From positions 60,137 to 124,136 of the forward strand of contig MGIS01000023.1 in NCBI GenBank assembly GCA_001793865.1: a DNA stretch of 64,000 nucleotides, read 5' to 3'. The position numbers and the translations under genes are program-made. A model generated the notes under the pieces. The model was not told the origin of the DNA, ran no database searches, and saw only the letters and a program-made list of their open reading frames with translations. This DNA is from Candidatus Wolfebacteria bacterium RIFCSPLOWO2_01_FULL_47_17b. GTDB taxonomy: Bacteria; Patescibacteriota; Minisyncoccia; UBA6257; JAGOQP01. Numbering within the stretch: the first letter of the stretch is position 1; every line of letters starts with the position of its first letter. Shown here in pieces: positions 15,585 to 25,137 of the stretch.

Positions 15585-17087
15585 TTAAAAATCAAGATTT
15601 TTAAACTTGAACATGAGCCGGAACGATATGTGTGTTGCGTCCACCCGCTGGAAGCTGGAAAGCGGCAGGTCGATCTCCGTAACATACGGCAGTTGCGCGA
15701 GCCGATCCCGAAACGCGCTTACTTCACTTTCCGTTGCCGCAGTCCCCGTTACCGTCACTGGCATATTCCGCGCCTGCATATATATGCGGCTTATGACCAC
15801 GCTTGACCCCGTGCGGTCGAATATATCACGCATAAATGTCCCCCACTTCACCTGCTGATTTTTAATTTCAAGCGCTTTTGTAATGCTTGCGTTAAATATG
15901 CCTGCTTCTTTCGTGTAAAATTCATATTGCGCAAGGATCTGAGGGTCGTTGAAGGACGAAATTACCGTCTCGGCCGTATTCTGCACATGCGTATTGAGAA
16001 ATACGAACACCCCCAAAAATGCGGCGAGTATAATAACCGCCGCCCCCGAAAATATCCCCGTCCATAGCGACAAAAACGACGACGTAAGCATTTGCTGATA
16101 GAGTAATTCGGTTCCTTCAGGCGCGAGGCTGATCTGTGTATCCTGTGAACGCGGAGCGACGCCGCGCAGAGCGGCTCCCAATGCCACGAGCCATGCGCCT
16201 GCCTGTCCGGCAGGCAGACGGACCTGCCGTACCGGCACCGTAAAGTTCTCTTGCACGATCTTTGCAATTTCCTCGGAAGAGTTCTGAAGCGCCATGTACG
16301 CACATTCGAATTGCTCGTGGAATTTGTTTGTAAAAAAATTGCTTATTTGGTGGTATTCCCGTACGATAAAATTCCTCAGATCACCTTCCACGCTGTTCCA
16401 ATCGGAAAATCTTCCAAAATACGCCATTCCTTTCCGTACTATAACAAAACTTATGCCATCCGCCGCGTCCATGACAAGCAGATACGACTTCGCGGAGTCG
16501 AATGTCTTTTCAAGATGCCTGATGGTACGCACGGTCGATGCCGCTTTTTGTTCAACTGCCGTTATGAAAAAGCGTTCATCCGCGAATACTTTTACAAGTT
16601 CGTCAATAACTTTTTTTTCGATGAATGAGGCAAGTATTTCGGCTTCTCCGCTTTCCTCTTCCTGGCCGATACGCTCCCAATCGTAATACATTGTGCTCGA
16701 ATCCGAGGGCGATATGGTCTGCAGGTTGAGCTTCACGGCTTCATCAAACTCCGCTCGTTTGAGCGGCGGGAGCGAAAAACGCTGCGTATACACATTCTCA
16801 TCCGAAATTGAAACTACAACCGGGATGGTTTCTTTCTTCTTGTGAGTGATTTTTTGGCGAAGTTCCTGAATGCTTTTTATAAATTTTTCTCGCTGGAGAA
16901 TCTTTCCATTCTCCACAACCGCCTCTTCCAAACGCACTGATGCGCGTTCCCATGATCCATTTTTTTGATCAATCCGAAGAAACGCGAGCGATTGGTCGCT
17001 TATATCAATCCCCCCGATATGGAGCTGGGGCTGAAGAATATTTAGCCACCTAGCACGTTTCTTTCCTTTTGGCTTTGCTTCTCGCAT
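15585..17087 (-). CDS. pilM: Type IV pilus assembly protein, PilM-PilN(-PilO-like) fusion
   Basis: N-terminal actin-like IGGIDISDQSLAFLRID, central TM, C-terminal PilN/O-like periplasmic part; heads pilus cluster. Confidence 0.7.
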   Translation of the reverse strand: MREAKPKGKKRARWLNILQPQLHIGGIDISDQSLAFLRIDQKNGSWERASVRLEEAVVENGKILQREKFIKSIQELRQKITHKKKETIPVVVSISDENVYTQRFSLPPLKRAEFDEAVKLNLQTISPSDSSTMYYDWERIGQEEESGEAEILASFIEKKVIDELVKVFADERFFITAVEQKAASTVRTIRHLEKTFDSAKSYLLVMDAADGISFVIVRKGMAYFGRFSDWNSVEGDLRNFIVREYHQISNFFTNKFHEQFECAYMALQNSSEEIAKIVQENFTVPVRQVRLPAGQAGAWLVALGAALRGVAPRSQDTQISLAPEGTELLYQQMLTSSFLSLWTGIFSGAAVIILAAFLGVFVFLNTHVQNTAETVISSFNDPQILAQYEFYTKEAGIFNASITKALEIKNQQVKWGTFMRDIFDRTGSSVVISRIYMQARNMPVTVTGTAATESEVSAFRDRLAQLPYVTEIDLPLSSFQRVDATHISFRLMFKFKNLDF

Positions 17088-17104
17088 AATTCTAAGTATA
17101 GCAG

Positions 17105-17172
17105 ATAACCGACGTATACCGTAGACCGAATACCGAATACCGCGATATACGCTATACGGTATTCGATATACG
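17105..17172. repeat. CGTATACC/GAATACC degenerate tandem repeats immediately upstream of pilM
   Basis: gacgtataccgtagaccgaataccgaataccgcgatatacgctatacggtattcgatatacgg. Confidence 0.7.
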
Positions 17173-17173
17173 G

Positions 17174-17674
17174 CTAAATACCGCTTTCTACCACGCCTAT
17201 ATTTGAAATGGATCCGTTCTCATCGTCGATAAGCACCGTGCCGGTGATTTTTACGCGTTTCGGACCTGCCGATCCGGTTGAGGCGATGGTATAGAGCACA
17301 TGGGTTGCGTCGGGCAATGTGCGAGTTATTTGTACCGATACAGATCCTTCCGCTACCGAAATCGTATATGGATTCGGGTCTGGAACAAATGTTTTATCGC
17401 GTGATATGCGCAGCAGGACATCCTGTATGCCCGACCGGGCGGCGTATGTCGCTACATGGGATGCCTTCAGCCCAAGCCCCTGTTCCCCTGACAAAAATGC
17501 CGTTATGAGCCCAACCGCCGTTATTTCAACCAGAATAAAGGCGAGTATAAGAATGGTCATCAACGACACCGCGCCGCGGTTTCGTATTCCGTATTTCGTA
17601 TACCGTATACCGCACAGAAAACCCCGTATCTTTGATACGATATTCGGTATATGGTTCGCGGTATACAGTTTCAT
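17174..17674 (-). CDS. Type IV pilin-like (minor/pseudopilin) protein with long N-terminal extension encoded by GTATAC-type repeats
   Basis: Hydrophobic pilin-like helix VSLMTILILAFILVEITAV; N-terminal HIPNIVSKIRGF...GIRYTKYGIRNRG. Confidence 0.55.
   Translation of the reverse strand: MKLYTANHIPNIVSKIRGFLCGIRYTKYGIRNRGAVSLMTILILAFILVEITAVGLITAFLSGEQGLGLKASHVATYAARSGIQDVLLRISRDKTFVPDPNPYTISVAEGSVSVQITRTLPDATHVLYTIASTGSAGPKRVKITGTVLIDDENGSISNIGVVESGI
17590..17665. repeat. GTATACC / ACGATATTCGGTAT repeats at 5' end of pilin-like gene 17174..17674
   Basis: ttccgtatttcgtataccgtataccgc...gatacgatattcggtatatgg. Confidence 0.7.
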
Positions 17675-19410
17675 GGTGTCCAGTTGATGTGCACATCGTC
17701 AACGGTTGGCGTGCTTGTACCGTTCGGCTCCAAAAATACTTTATATCTAAAATAGCGATAGTTATTCACATTCCATATTTCTGCTTGTTCGTCCGCGGTT
17801 GATGGCGTGAAGTATGTTCCGCTTGTGCCGTCCGATCCGATATAGCTCCACGGTCCCGAGCTGGTATTGGATGCCGCGATCTGGAATTTGACCACCGTGC
17901 CCGCGGGCAGAGTCCCTTGCCAGAGCACGCTGTGTAGCGCACCGCCGCTTGCCGCCTGCGTATCATATGTAGTTGATTCAAGCCAGCCGGATGCGGTGGT
18001 GGTCGCAAGCTCCAGCGACGCTCCAGCGAGGGCAGTCGTGATATTGGACGATGTCGCAAACCCGGTCGGCGATGACGTTGCCGGCCCATCCATGCCGTAC
18101 CCGCTGTCCCAGTCCAATTGCGAAAAGGTTCTGGTGCCGCTTCTTGTTACATACTCTTTGTAAGCAAAGATTTTGTTTTCTGTTGTCGTAGCCATGACGG
18201 TGAGTGACATTGTTGATGGGTCAAGCGTATTGCCGCTTGGCTCTTCCGTGATGTCTCCATTCCCATCACGATACACGTTGCCGATCGTAAAATATCTCGT
18301 ATTCACCCTGCTTTCATAGAGTTGTTCCACTTCATAGCTGGAGAGGGCGCGAGCATACACGCGTACGTCGTCTATAAGGCCGTCAAACAAAGACCACGGC
18401 GCATCATACGATTTTCCGCCTATATCAAGCGGGTATTCAGAGGCATGCAGAACCGCCGGTATATCGGTCGTATCTTCATCCTCAAGCACGCCATTCACAT
18501 ATAAACGGACGAATTGAGATGGTTCATACACGCCAACTGCGTGGGTCCATGTATTCAACGGCGGAGGATTTGTGCCTGTCGTGCCGACATCTAAATCTTG
18601 TCCCGGGCCCGCTGCATAAAATCCAAGACCTCCGTACGTAACTTTTTCTGGCCAAGAACATTCAATCATCATATCGAACTGTTCTTCTCCTCCAGCGAAG
18701 TTGCCCCCTTTTGCCACTATACGCGGGTTGTTGTCTTCTCCATTACATCCTGAACGCTGATAAAACCAGACGGAGACTGTCACGGCACCTGTTATCTGCA
18801 CTTCGGGCTGATTTCCAATGGTTATATAGCTATCGCCATCAAAATCAACACACAACCCCATCATGCATGACGAAGTTGCTTTTATCGGATCTCCTGTGCT
18901 CGTTCCCGTCAGCATATTCCCGGAGCTGTCGTACGCGGTTATGGTCGCCGTTTCATCCAACTTCCAATGTCCCACCAGCCCATACGAGACATCGTCAACA
19001 AGAATACTCTCTTGCCCTCCAATGTAGTACGATGTGGTGGTTCCATTAATAACATAATAGTCACCCGCCGGCAGCGACCAGATTCCCTGCCAGTTGCTTG
19101 CCGCAAGCTGTTCCAGCTTATTCATAATGTCCGCCGCGTGAAATGCCGTCACTTGGGCGATGCGTGACTCGAAGTTGTAGCGCAGGAGCGATACGATTGC
19201 CAACGTCGCGCCGATTAAAAACAAACCCCCCACGGTGATTGATATGAGGACCTCCAGGAGGAGCTGCCCCTTTGCAGATCGTAGACCGCGAAAGAAAGCT
19301 CGTATTTTTAATACGATATTCGGTATACGATATTCGGTATACTGATTAGTAGCTTTCATAGATTCTCTTAATTTCCTCCGCCGACAACGCGCGGTTGTAA
19401 ATACGAACAT
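17671..19410 (-). CDS. Large pilin-like protein: N-terminal type IV pilin helix plus C-terminal LamG/concanavalin-like domain
   Basis: RSAKG|QLLLEVLISI prepilin-like site; LamG-like region DFDGDSYITIGN...LIDDVRVYARALSSYEVEQLY. Confidence 0.65.
   Translation of the reverse strand: MFVFTTARCRRRKLRESMKATNQYTEYRIPNIVLKIRAFFRGLRSAKGQLLLEVLISITVGGLFLIGATLAIVSLLRYNFESRIAQVTAFHAADIMNKLEQLAASNWQGIWSLPAGDYYVINGTTTSYYIGGQESILVDDVSYGLVGHWKLDETATITAYDSSGNMLTGTSTGDPIKATSSCMMGLCVDFDGDSYITIGNQPEVQITGAVTVSVWFYQRSGCNGEDNNPRIVAKGGNFAGGEEQFDMMIECSWPEKVTYGGLGFYAAGPGQDLDVGTTGTNPPPLNTWTHAVGVYEPSQFVRLYVNGVLEDEDTTDIPAVLHASEYPLDIGGKSYDAPWSLFDGLIDDVRVYARALSSYEVEQLYESRVNTRYFTIGNVYRDGNGDITEEPSGNTLDPSTMSLTVMATTTENKIFAYKEYVTRSGTRTFSQLDWDSGYGMDGPATSSPTGFATSSNITTALAGASLELATTTASGWLESTTYDTQAASGGALHSVLWQGTLPAGTVVKFQIAASNTSSGPWSYIGSDGTSGTYFTPSTADEQAEIWNVNNYRYFRYKVFLEPNGTSTPTVDDVHINWTP
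19301..19345. repeat. Tandem 16-mer ACGATATTCGGTATAC x2 at 5' end of gene 17671..19410
   Basis: aatacgatattcggtatacgatattcggtatactg. Confidence 0.75.
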
Positions 19411-20491
19411 CGTCTATATAACCATCAAAGTAATATGATTCTCCAGGGCTATTGCCGATTTGGAAATCGTTTGAGGTGGTTGTCCAATCAATAGTTTCAT
19501 TCGTGCTACTTGCTGATTCCAATCCATCTACAAATATTTGAGTTTTTTTTGTGTCGCCATTATACACCCCCGCAACATAAACCCAATTCCCCGTTTCTAT
19601 TGACGAAGGCGCTTCTAATATCATGTTGTTCGAATCAAGTCTAAATGAAAAGGCCGTGTTGTTCTGGGCAAAACGATAGTCTAAATAAGATTTTCCTGCG
19701 ATATGTTTAAACCCCGACGATACACTGTCGGCGTATATCCAAGCTGTGAGTGTGAAGCTACTTGAATGAATAAACTGATATTGGCTAGGATTTCCAATAA
19801 ATATATAATCATTGCTCCCATCAAAACTCAATGCTCCACCACTTTTCCCCAACGACACCCAATCGGAGCTGCCACTGAAATCAAAGTTGGTCAGCGTACC
19901 TGTATTTCCATTCCCACTCGCATCGTATGCATTCGTTCCCGATCCCTCATCAAATTCCCACATTCCCACCAATCCCGTTTCTTTATATATTTCTATTTTC
20001 CCCAGCGAACTGACTGTTACCATATATACCGAATCGGCTGAACCATCCTTCCCCAGTACGATGGTGTGGGCAGTCGAAGGCAAGCCGGTAAGCGCCGTAA
20101 ATAATATCGTTTTTATATTCCCCGCGACGGGATTTAAAAACTTACTCGCGCTGCTCAAGTTTTTGAGTTCGGCAACGGTTGAAGTGCTGTATGAAGATCC
20201 TTGGAATATTTCAAGGTATCCTCCGTTCGCCTCGCCGCTCAAACGTATGCCCCAATCGACGCCACCGTCCCCAAGCTGCGCCTTGCTCTGCGCAAAATGG
20301 AGCGCCCCAGCGACCATCTGCGCGTCCTGCTTTAATGCCTGTTCCGTGCGAAAATTTAAAATATTCACCGTCGCAACCGCCACCAGAATCGCGACAAGCG
20401 CAATTACGATGACTAGCTCAACAACAGTAAAGGATCGTATACCGTATACCGTATACCGTATACCGCGTGCAAATTGTGTACCGCTATTCAT
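19346..20491 (-). CDS. Pilin-like protein with LamG/concanavalin-like domain
   Basis: FTVVELVIVIALVAILVAVA pilin helix; LamG-like LSFDGSNDYIFIGN...YIDDVRIYNRALSAEEIKRIY. Confidence 0.65.
   Translation of the reverse strand: MNSGTQFARGIRYTVYGIRSFTVVELVIVIALVAILVAVATVNILNFRTEQALKQDAQMVAGALHFAQSKAQLGDGGVDWGIRLSGEANGGYLEIFQGSSYSTSTVAELKNLSSASKFLNPVAGNIKTILFTALTGLPSTAHTIVLGKDGSADSVYMVTVSSLGKIEIYKETGLVGMWEFDEGSGTNAYDASGNGNTGTLTNFDFSGSSDWVSLGKSGGALSFDGSNDYIFIGNPSQYQFIHSSSFTLTAWIYADSVSSGFKHIAGKSYLDYRFAQNNTAFSFRLDSNNMILEAPSSIETGNWVYVAGVYNGDTKKTQIFVDGLESASSTNETIDWTTTSNDFQIGNSPGESYYFDGYIDDVRIYNRALSAEEIKRIYESY
20437..20464. repeat. Perfect tandem heptamer GTATACC x4 (codes GIRYTVYGIR in the annotated N-terminus)
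   Basis: cgtataccgtataccgtataccgtataccgcg. Confidence 0.85.
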
Positions 20492-20855
20492 GGTAAATTC
20501 TTTTTAGCCCGCTTAAGACCTTTTTTGCCTCAATGCTCTGCCGATAAAGAGAATTAAAATCATTCTCTAATAGGTATCCTATGTCTTGTGCAATAAAAAA
20601 TTGACTTTGTAGTTCTGTTAGAGAACCTGTAGCGATTGTATAAAACTGATTCTTATCTTTTGCGCTCCCGCGTGAAAAACCTTCTGCTATGTTTGAAGTT
20701 ATTGATATTGCTGCTCTTCTCATTTGGCTTGTTAACCCAAATAGTTCTTCTTTTGGAAGTTTCTTTGTGATTTCATATACTAAAAGAACAAGCTTGTGAG
20801 CTTCTTTCCATGCGCGTAAATCTGTGAAGTTTTTAATCTTTTTGCTTTGTTCCAT
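20484..20855 (-). CDS. Four-helix-bundle protein (23S rRNA-intervening-sequence-protein family)
   Basis: FTDLRAWKEAHKLVLLVYEITKKLPKEE...SITSNIAEGFSRGS...GSLTELQSQ signature. Confidence 0.8.
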   Translation of the reverse strand: MEQSKKIKNFTDLRAWKEAHKLVLLVYEITKKLPKEELFGLTSQMRRAAISITSNIAEGFSRGSAKDKNQFYTIATGSLTELQSQFFIAQDIGYLLENDFNSLYRQSIEAKKVLSGLKRIYHE

Positions 20856-20888
20856 ACGGAATACGATATACGGTCTTCGGTATACGGT
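20856..20888. repeat. GGTATACG/GAATACG repeats between pilC stop and four-helix-bundle gene start
   Basis: catacggaatacgatatacggtcttcggtatacgg. Confidence 0.7.
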
Positions 20889-22097
20889 TTAGAACGCACT
20901 CGTAAGTTGGTACACCGGCACAATGACCGCGAGCGCGATCGTTCCGATCACTACTCCTATCAGAAGAAGCATAATCGGTTCGATAAAGGTGACCAGTGTT
21001 TTGACCGACATTTCGACTTCTTTCGCATAAAAATCGGCAAGCGTACTCAAGATGCTTTCCAGATGCCCCGATTTTTCCGATATCGCGATGAGGTTTGCCA
21101 CTATTTTGGGAAATACTGTCTCCCGCCGAAATGCTTCCCCTACGGTGAGCCCTTTCGCGATGCCTTCCTGCGCTATCCTTCGTATGGAGTTCCGCAAGTC
21201 CGGCATACCAACCGAGTCCGCGGTCACCTCAAGCGATTCTATAATAGGAAGGCCCGACGACAAAAGAGATGAAAATGTCGCCGCAAAACGCTGAACCGCT
21301 ATATTTCGTATGACTTTTTTTATAACGGGTATGTGGAGCGCGATGTCGTATATCAGCTTTCTGCCCACCATGGTTTTGATGAAAAAGATAAGCGATCCGA
21401 TGGTAATCCCGAAAAAGAGCGTCAAAAGCAACGCGAGGTGATCGCCTATAAAAAGCCCGACCGTAAACACGATCTTCGAAAATCCGGGCGGTTCGAATCC
21501 GCCGGTTGTGAATACGCCTGCGATTTTCGGGAGCGAATAGCTCACCAGCAGTATGAGGATAATGATGGACGCAATAAAAAGAATAACTGGATACGTAAGG
21601 GCTGATTTTATCTTTGAGCGGAGGTCTTTGTCTTTTTCGAGCGATACGCTCACTTCATCAAACACCGTTTCCAGTTTTCCCGATACCTCTCCCGCCTTGA
21701 TCAGATTTACAAATACCGGTGAGAATGACTTGGGATACTTCGCAAACGTTGAATAAAACGGCTTCCCCTTTTCCAGGTTTGCCCGCACTTCCATGAGAAG
21801 ATCTTTGACGGCACGCTTTTCAAAGTCATCCACCAGGATGTTTATCGCCTTGAAGAGATCGGTGCCGACTTTCATCATAAGCGATAGATACTTTGTTATG
21901 AAAATCTTGTCCTGCAGCGTGACTTTTCCTTGGAATAGCTTCGAGAAATCCAGCGAAGTGTTGCGTATTTCCTGCAGAGATACGGGACGCAGTTTTTGCG
22001 CGCTGATTTTAACAAGCGCGTCTGTGGAGTTTGTCGCCTGGAGTATACCTTCAACTATTTTTTGCGATGCATCTAGGGCTTTGTATCGAAATTTCAT
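20889..22097 (-). CDS. pilC: Type IV pilus / type II secretion platform protein PilC (GspF family)
   Basis: Two GspF repeats, 3 TM segments, 402 aa. Confidence 0.88.
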   Translation of the reverse strand: MKFRYKALDASQKIVEGILQATNSTDALVKISAQKLRPVSLQEIRNTSLDFSKLFQGKVTLQDKIFITKYLSLMMKVGTDLFKAINILVDDFEKRAVKDLLMEVRANLEKGKPFYSTFAKYPKSFSPVFVNLIKAGEVSGKLETVFDEVSVSLEKDKDLRSKIKSALTYPVILFIASIIILILLVSYSLPKIAGVFTTGGFEPPGFSKIVFTVGLFIGDHLALLLTLFFGITIGSLIFFIKTMVGRKLIYDIALHIPVIKKVIRNIAVQRFAATFSSLLSSGLPIIESLEVTADSVGMPDLRNSIRRIAQEGIAKGLTVGEAFRRETVFPKIVANLIAISEKSGHLESILSTLADFYAKEVEMSVKTLVTFIEPIMLLLIGVVIGTIALAVIVPVYQLTSAF

Positions 22098-22229
22098 CCC
22101 GTTAGAAATCTGTCACTTACTAGTAATGTATATAGTGTAGCAAAATCACGTTTTATTTTCATTTCTTGTTTAGCTTGAGCAGAAAATTTTTAATAAAATT
22201 TTCTGCCGATGATTTCTAACGGGATTCAT
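22093..22229. repeat. Inverted-repeat cassette copy A: TIRs ATCCCGTTAGAAATC / GATTTCTAACGGGAT; internal AT-rich hairpin; left TIR abuts pilC ATG
   Basis: 15-bp perfect TIRs; internal gcagaaaattt-ttaataa-aattttctgc hairpin; fills the pilB-pilC gap exactly. Confidence 0.8.
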
Positions 22230-22233
22230 ATGT

Positions 22234-23961
22234 TTATTCGCGTATTACTCGGAGCACTTCCTCAATCGTCGTCACGCCGACCGCCGCCTTCTGCAATCCG
22301 TCTTCAAACATCGTTTTCATCCCATTCTTTTTTGCGATTTCATATACGTGGTCCATGGTGAAATCCGGTGATGCAATAGTTCTGCGCATATCATCGTTAA
22401 TCTCCATAATTTCAAATATGCCCAACCGGCCCCGGTAGCCGATGCCGTGGCATGCCTTGCATCCTTTACCGCGGTACAGGCTTTTGGGAAGTTCCGCATT
22501 TGGCAATTTTAGCTCTTCAAACTGGTTTTTTAGCTCCTTTTTGAATTCCTCGGATAGCTCATACGATTCGATGCAATCAATGCAGATTTTTCGCACCAGA
22601 CGCTGGGCGACTGCTACGTTCAACACCGCTGCGGCCAAAAATGGCGGGATATCCATATCAAGCATGCGCGCGACTGTTGAAGGAGCATCGTTGGTATGCA
22701 GAGACGAAAGCACGATATGCCCCGTGAGTGCCGACTGTACCGCAATATCAGCCGTTTCGTTGTCGCGGATTTCACCGACCATGATGATGTTTGGATCCTG
22801 ACGAAGTATAGAACGCAGCCCCGATGCAAAGGTAATGCCCGCAAGCGGATTTACTTGGATCTGGTTGATGTACCTGATGTTATATTCGATCGGGTCTTCG
22901 ATCGTGACGATATTTACCTCTGGCCGGTTGAGAAGATTGAGAATGGAATAGAGCGTTGTCGTCTTGCCGGATCCGGTCGGCCCTGTCACGAGCACCATGC
23001 CGTAGGTTTTTTTGATATTTTCTTCTACAAGATCCGCCATATTCTCGGAAAATCCCAGTTCGGCAAGCGAAAGCGGCCGCTGAGCGGCGGAAAGAAGACG
23101 CATAACGATCTTTTCTCCGTAGAGCGTCGGAATAATCGAGATACGCACATCTATAACCGATCCGCCCACTTGATAGCGGAATCTGCCGTCTTGCGGTTTT
23201 TGATGTTCGTCCACCTTCAGCGCTCCGAGCAGTTTTACGCGCGCCACGACCGGTGCGTGGATCTGGCGCGGGATGGTAATAATCTCGTGTAAAATACCAT
23301 CAATACGGAATCGTACAAGCACCGACTGCTCCATTGCCTCAATATGCACATCAGATGCGCCCAAATACGTCGCGTACGAAAGAAGGTTATTCACCAGATC
23401 AACGATCGAGACTTCCTTTGCGGCGTCCTCGGCTTTATCGGCATGGTACCGAAGTGATTTTTGAATGCTTGTTTCGAGTACTTTTTTAAAATCTTCCGTT
23501 TGCGCATGGCTGTAGAGCGAAAATCCTGATGCAAGATCCTCGCTGGATGCCAAAAAAATGCGGAGTTTTGCGTTGAGTTTTTTTTCAAGAAACTCGATCG
23601 TCTGCAGATCGCTGGGATCTTCCATCGCTATGTCGATCGTGCCGTCCTGCTCTTTGGCGAATGCCACCGCTTTCTTTTCCTGCGCGAGCTTCTCGTCCAC
23701 AAGCAAAAGCACCGACTGATCGATGCCGCGTGAACGGAGCGACGCCCGCTCCACTCCGAAATACCGCGCAATGAAGTTATATAAAAAATCCGCCGCGACA
23801 AATCCTTTGGAAATGAGGAGTTCCAGCACGTCCTGGTTCATGCGTCCTGCCTCATCGGAAATCTCCCGGAATTGCTCATCGGTAATGAGTCCTTGTTCTT
23901 TAAGCCAGTCTTTTAGTTTGTCGTGAGAAATTTGTATCATGGACGCAATAACAGCCACCAA
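22234..23961 (-). CDS. pilB: Type IV pilus assembly ATPase PilB (GspE family)
   Basis: N-terminal GspE_N, Walker A GPTGSGKTTT, Asp box, His box, zinc CxxC. Confidence 0.9.
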   Translation of the reverse strand: MVAVIASMIQISHDKLKDWLKEQGLITDEQFREISDEAGRMNQDVLELLISKGFVAADFLYNFIARYFGVERASLRSRGIDQSVLLLVDEKLAQEKKAVAFAKEQDGTIDIAMEDPSDLQTIEFLEKKLNAKLRIFLASSEDLASGFSLYSHAQTEDFKKVLETSIQKSLRYHADKAEDAAKEVSIVDLVNNLLSYATYLGASDVHIEAMEQSVLVRFRIDGILHEIITIPRQIHAPVVARVKLLGALKVDEHQKPQDGRFRYQVGGSVIDVRISIIPTLYGEKIVMRLLSAAQRPLSLAELGFSENMADLVEENIKKTYGMVLVTGPTGSGKTTTLYSILNLLNRPEVNIVTIEDPIEYNIRYINQIQVNPLAGITFASGLRSILRQDPNIIMVGEIRDNETADIAVQSALTGHIVLSSLHTNDAPSTVARMLDMDIPPFLAAAVLNVAVAQRLVRKICIDCIESYELSEEFKKELKNQFEELKLPNAELPKSLYRGKGCKACHGIGYRGRLGIFEIMEINDDMRRTIASPDFTMDHVYEIAKKNGMKTMFEDGLQKAAVGVTTIEEVLRVIRE

Positions 23962-24515
23962 CTACTTTGGCTAAAAAATAGATATACTGTCAGTATAACA
24001 CACAGAGCGGTGGGAAACCACATATAATACGGCGATACGCGATATTCTTTTCCCTTTCGGAGAGTTTGCACGGCTGTGGTCAGCAGGAAAAGCATAAAAA
24101 ACACAGGCACGAATAGCACCACCCCCGGAAAACCCGAGAGAAGTATCGCGCTCCCCGCGATCCATTCTTCATGTTCGCGCAAAAGCGCTCCCTCTTTCTT
24201 CTTGTTGTATATTCTCAGCCCATATACAGCAAGAAGCGCGAACCCGAACGACATAATGTGTGAACTCCATATTCGGAAAAACACGTATTGTATGAAATAT
24301 GAGACCGATGTTTTGGGCGGAAGCAGATATGCGGTAAGCGGCGAATTCGCCCAGCCGCTATACTGCAGATACGTGAGGACGGAAAGAAAGAGGAAAACAA
24401 ATATGGCGTTCAACCAAAAGAGGTCCAATCTTCGTCTGGGAAAGTTGAACCTCTGTGATGCGAAGTTTGTCGCAAACAATACGATCGAAAAAATCAGTAT
24501 CCAATCATGAAACAT
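23937..24515 (-). CDS. Hypothetical polytopic membrane protein in pilus cluster
   Basis: 5-6 predicted TM helices; lacks the conserved Asp motifs of A24 peptidases. Confidence 0.45.
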   Translation of the reverse strand: MFHDWILIFSIVLFATNFASQRFNFPRRRLDLFWLNAIFVFLFLSVLTYLQYSGWANSPLTAYLLPPKTSVSYFIQYVFFRIWSSHIMSFGFALLAVYGLRIYNKKKEGALLREHEEWIAGSAILLSGFPGVVLFVPVFFMLFLLTTAVQTLRKGKEYRVSPYYMWFPTALCVILTVYLFFSQSSWWLLLRP

Positions 24516-24524
24516 GACATACGC

Positions 24525-25082
24525 TTAGAGGGTTAGATCGGTCCCGGCTTCGTATGCCTGAGCTTCATCTCCTCCGTCAGTGCTTTCCTTGTCGCTGCCC
24601 CCTCCGTTTATATATTTCGTGCTTTCAAGAAACGCGTTTATCTCAAATGTAAGAGCGGTGCTTCCTCCTGCATACGCATAAAAGTATGTTGTACCATGGC
24701 TTGGATCAATAGGAAGTACGCTGAGTGGAGAACCACCTGATATCGCGTCAAAATTCACCGGTATCCATCCGGTACCGTCCGTTACGCGAGTCGTGCTTCC
24801 TGTCGCTGAATAGGATGCCGTGAATAATCCCCCACAGTTTGTGGTTGTGGTTGTTGCTCCGGTATACATATAGCAACTACTTCCAACCGACGGATCGGTT
24901 ACGTCAACCAGATACAATGATATGGCATTCTTGACCGAGTCAAGATCCGAGAATCTTTGGCTATCGCGCGCTTGGCGCAGAAGCTCTGCCGGATTCAGAA
25001 TGACGACGACCGCTGCGGTTAATATTGCCAAGATGCCGATAACAATCAGCAGCTCAACGAGTGTAAACCCTGTCTTTTTCAT
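24525..25082 (-). CDS. Type IV major pilin
   Basis: Class III signal MKKTG|FTLVELLIVIGILAILTAAV, Thr/Gly/Ser-rich variable domain. Confidence 0.85.
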   Translation of the reverse strand: MKKTGFTLVELLIVIGILAILTAAVVVILNPAELLRQARDSQRFSDLDSVKNAISLYLVDVTDPSVGSSCYMYTGATTTTTNCGGLFTASYSATGSTTRVTDGTGWIPVNFDAISGGSPLSVLPIDPSHGTTYFYAYAGGSTALTFEINAFLESTKYINGGGSDKESTDGGDEAQAYEAGTDLTL

Positions 25083-25137
25083 ATGGTTATTTTTTATATG
25101 TTTAGTATAGCACACTTTTTAAAAATGATGTGTATAA

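Noticed and set aside
22093-22229. Integron attC interpretation of the TIR cassettes (GTTAGAA resembles the GTTRRRY core)
   Set aside because: Flanking genes are core housekeeping genes, not promoterless cassettes; no intI; the 7th core position does not fit; TIR covariation argues for a different mechanism
23937-24515. Membrane protein in pilus cluster as prepilin peptidase PilD
   Set aside because: No GD-containing catalytic aspartate motifs characteristic of A24 peptidases
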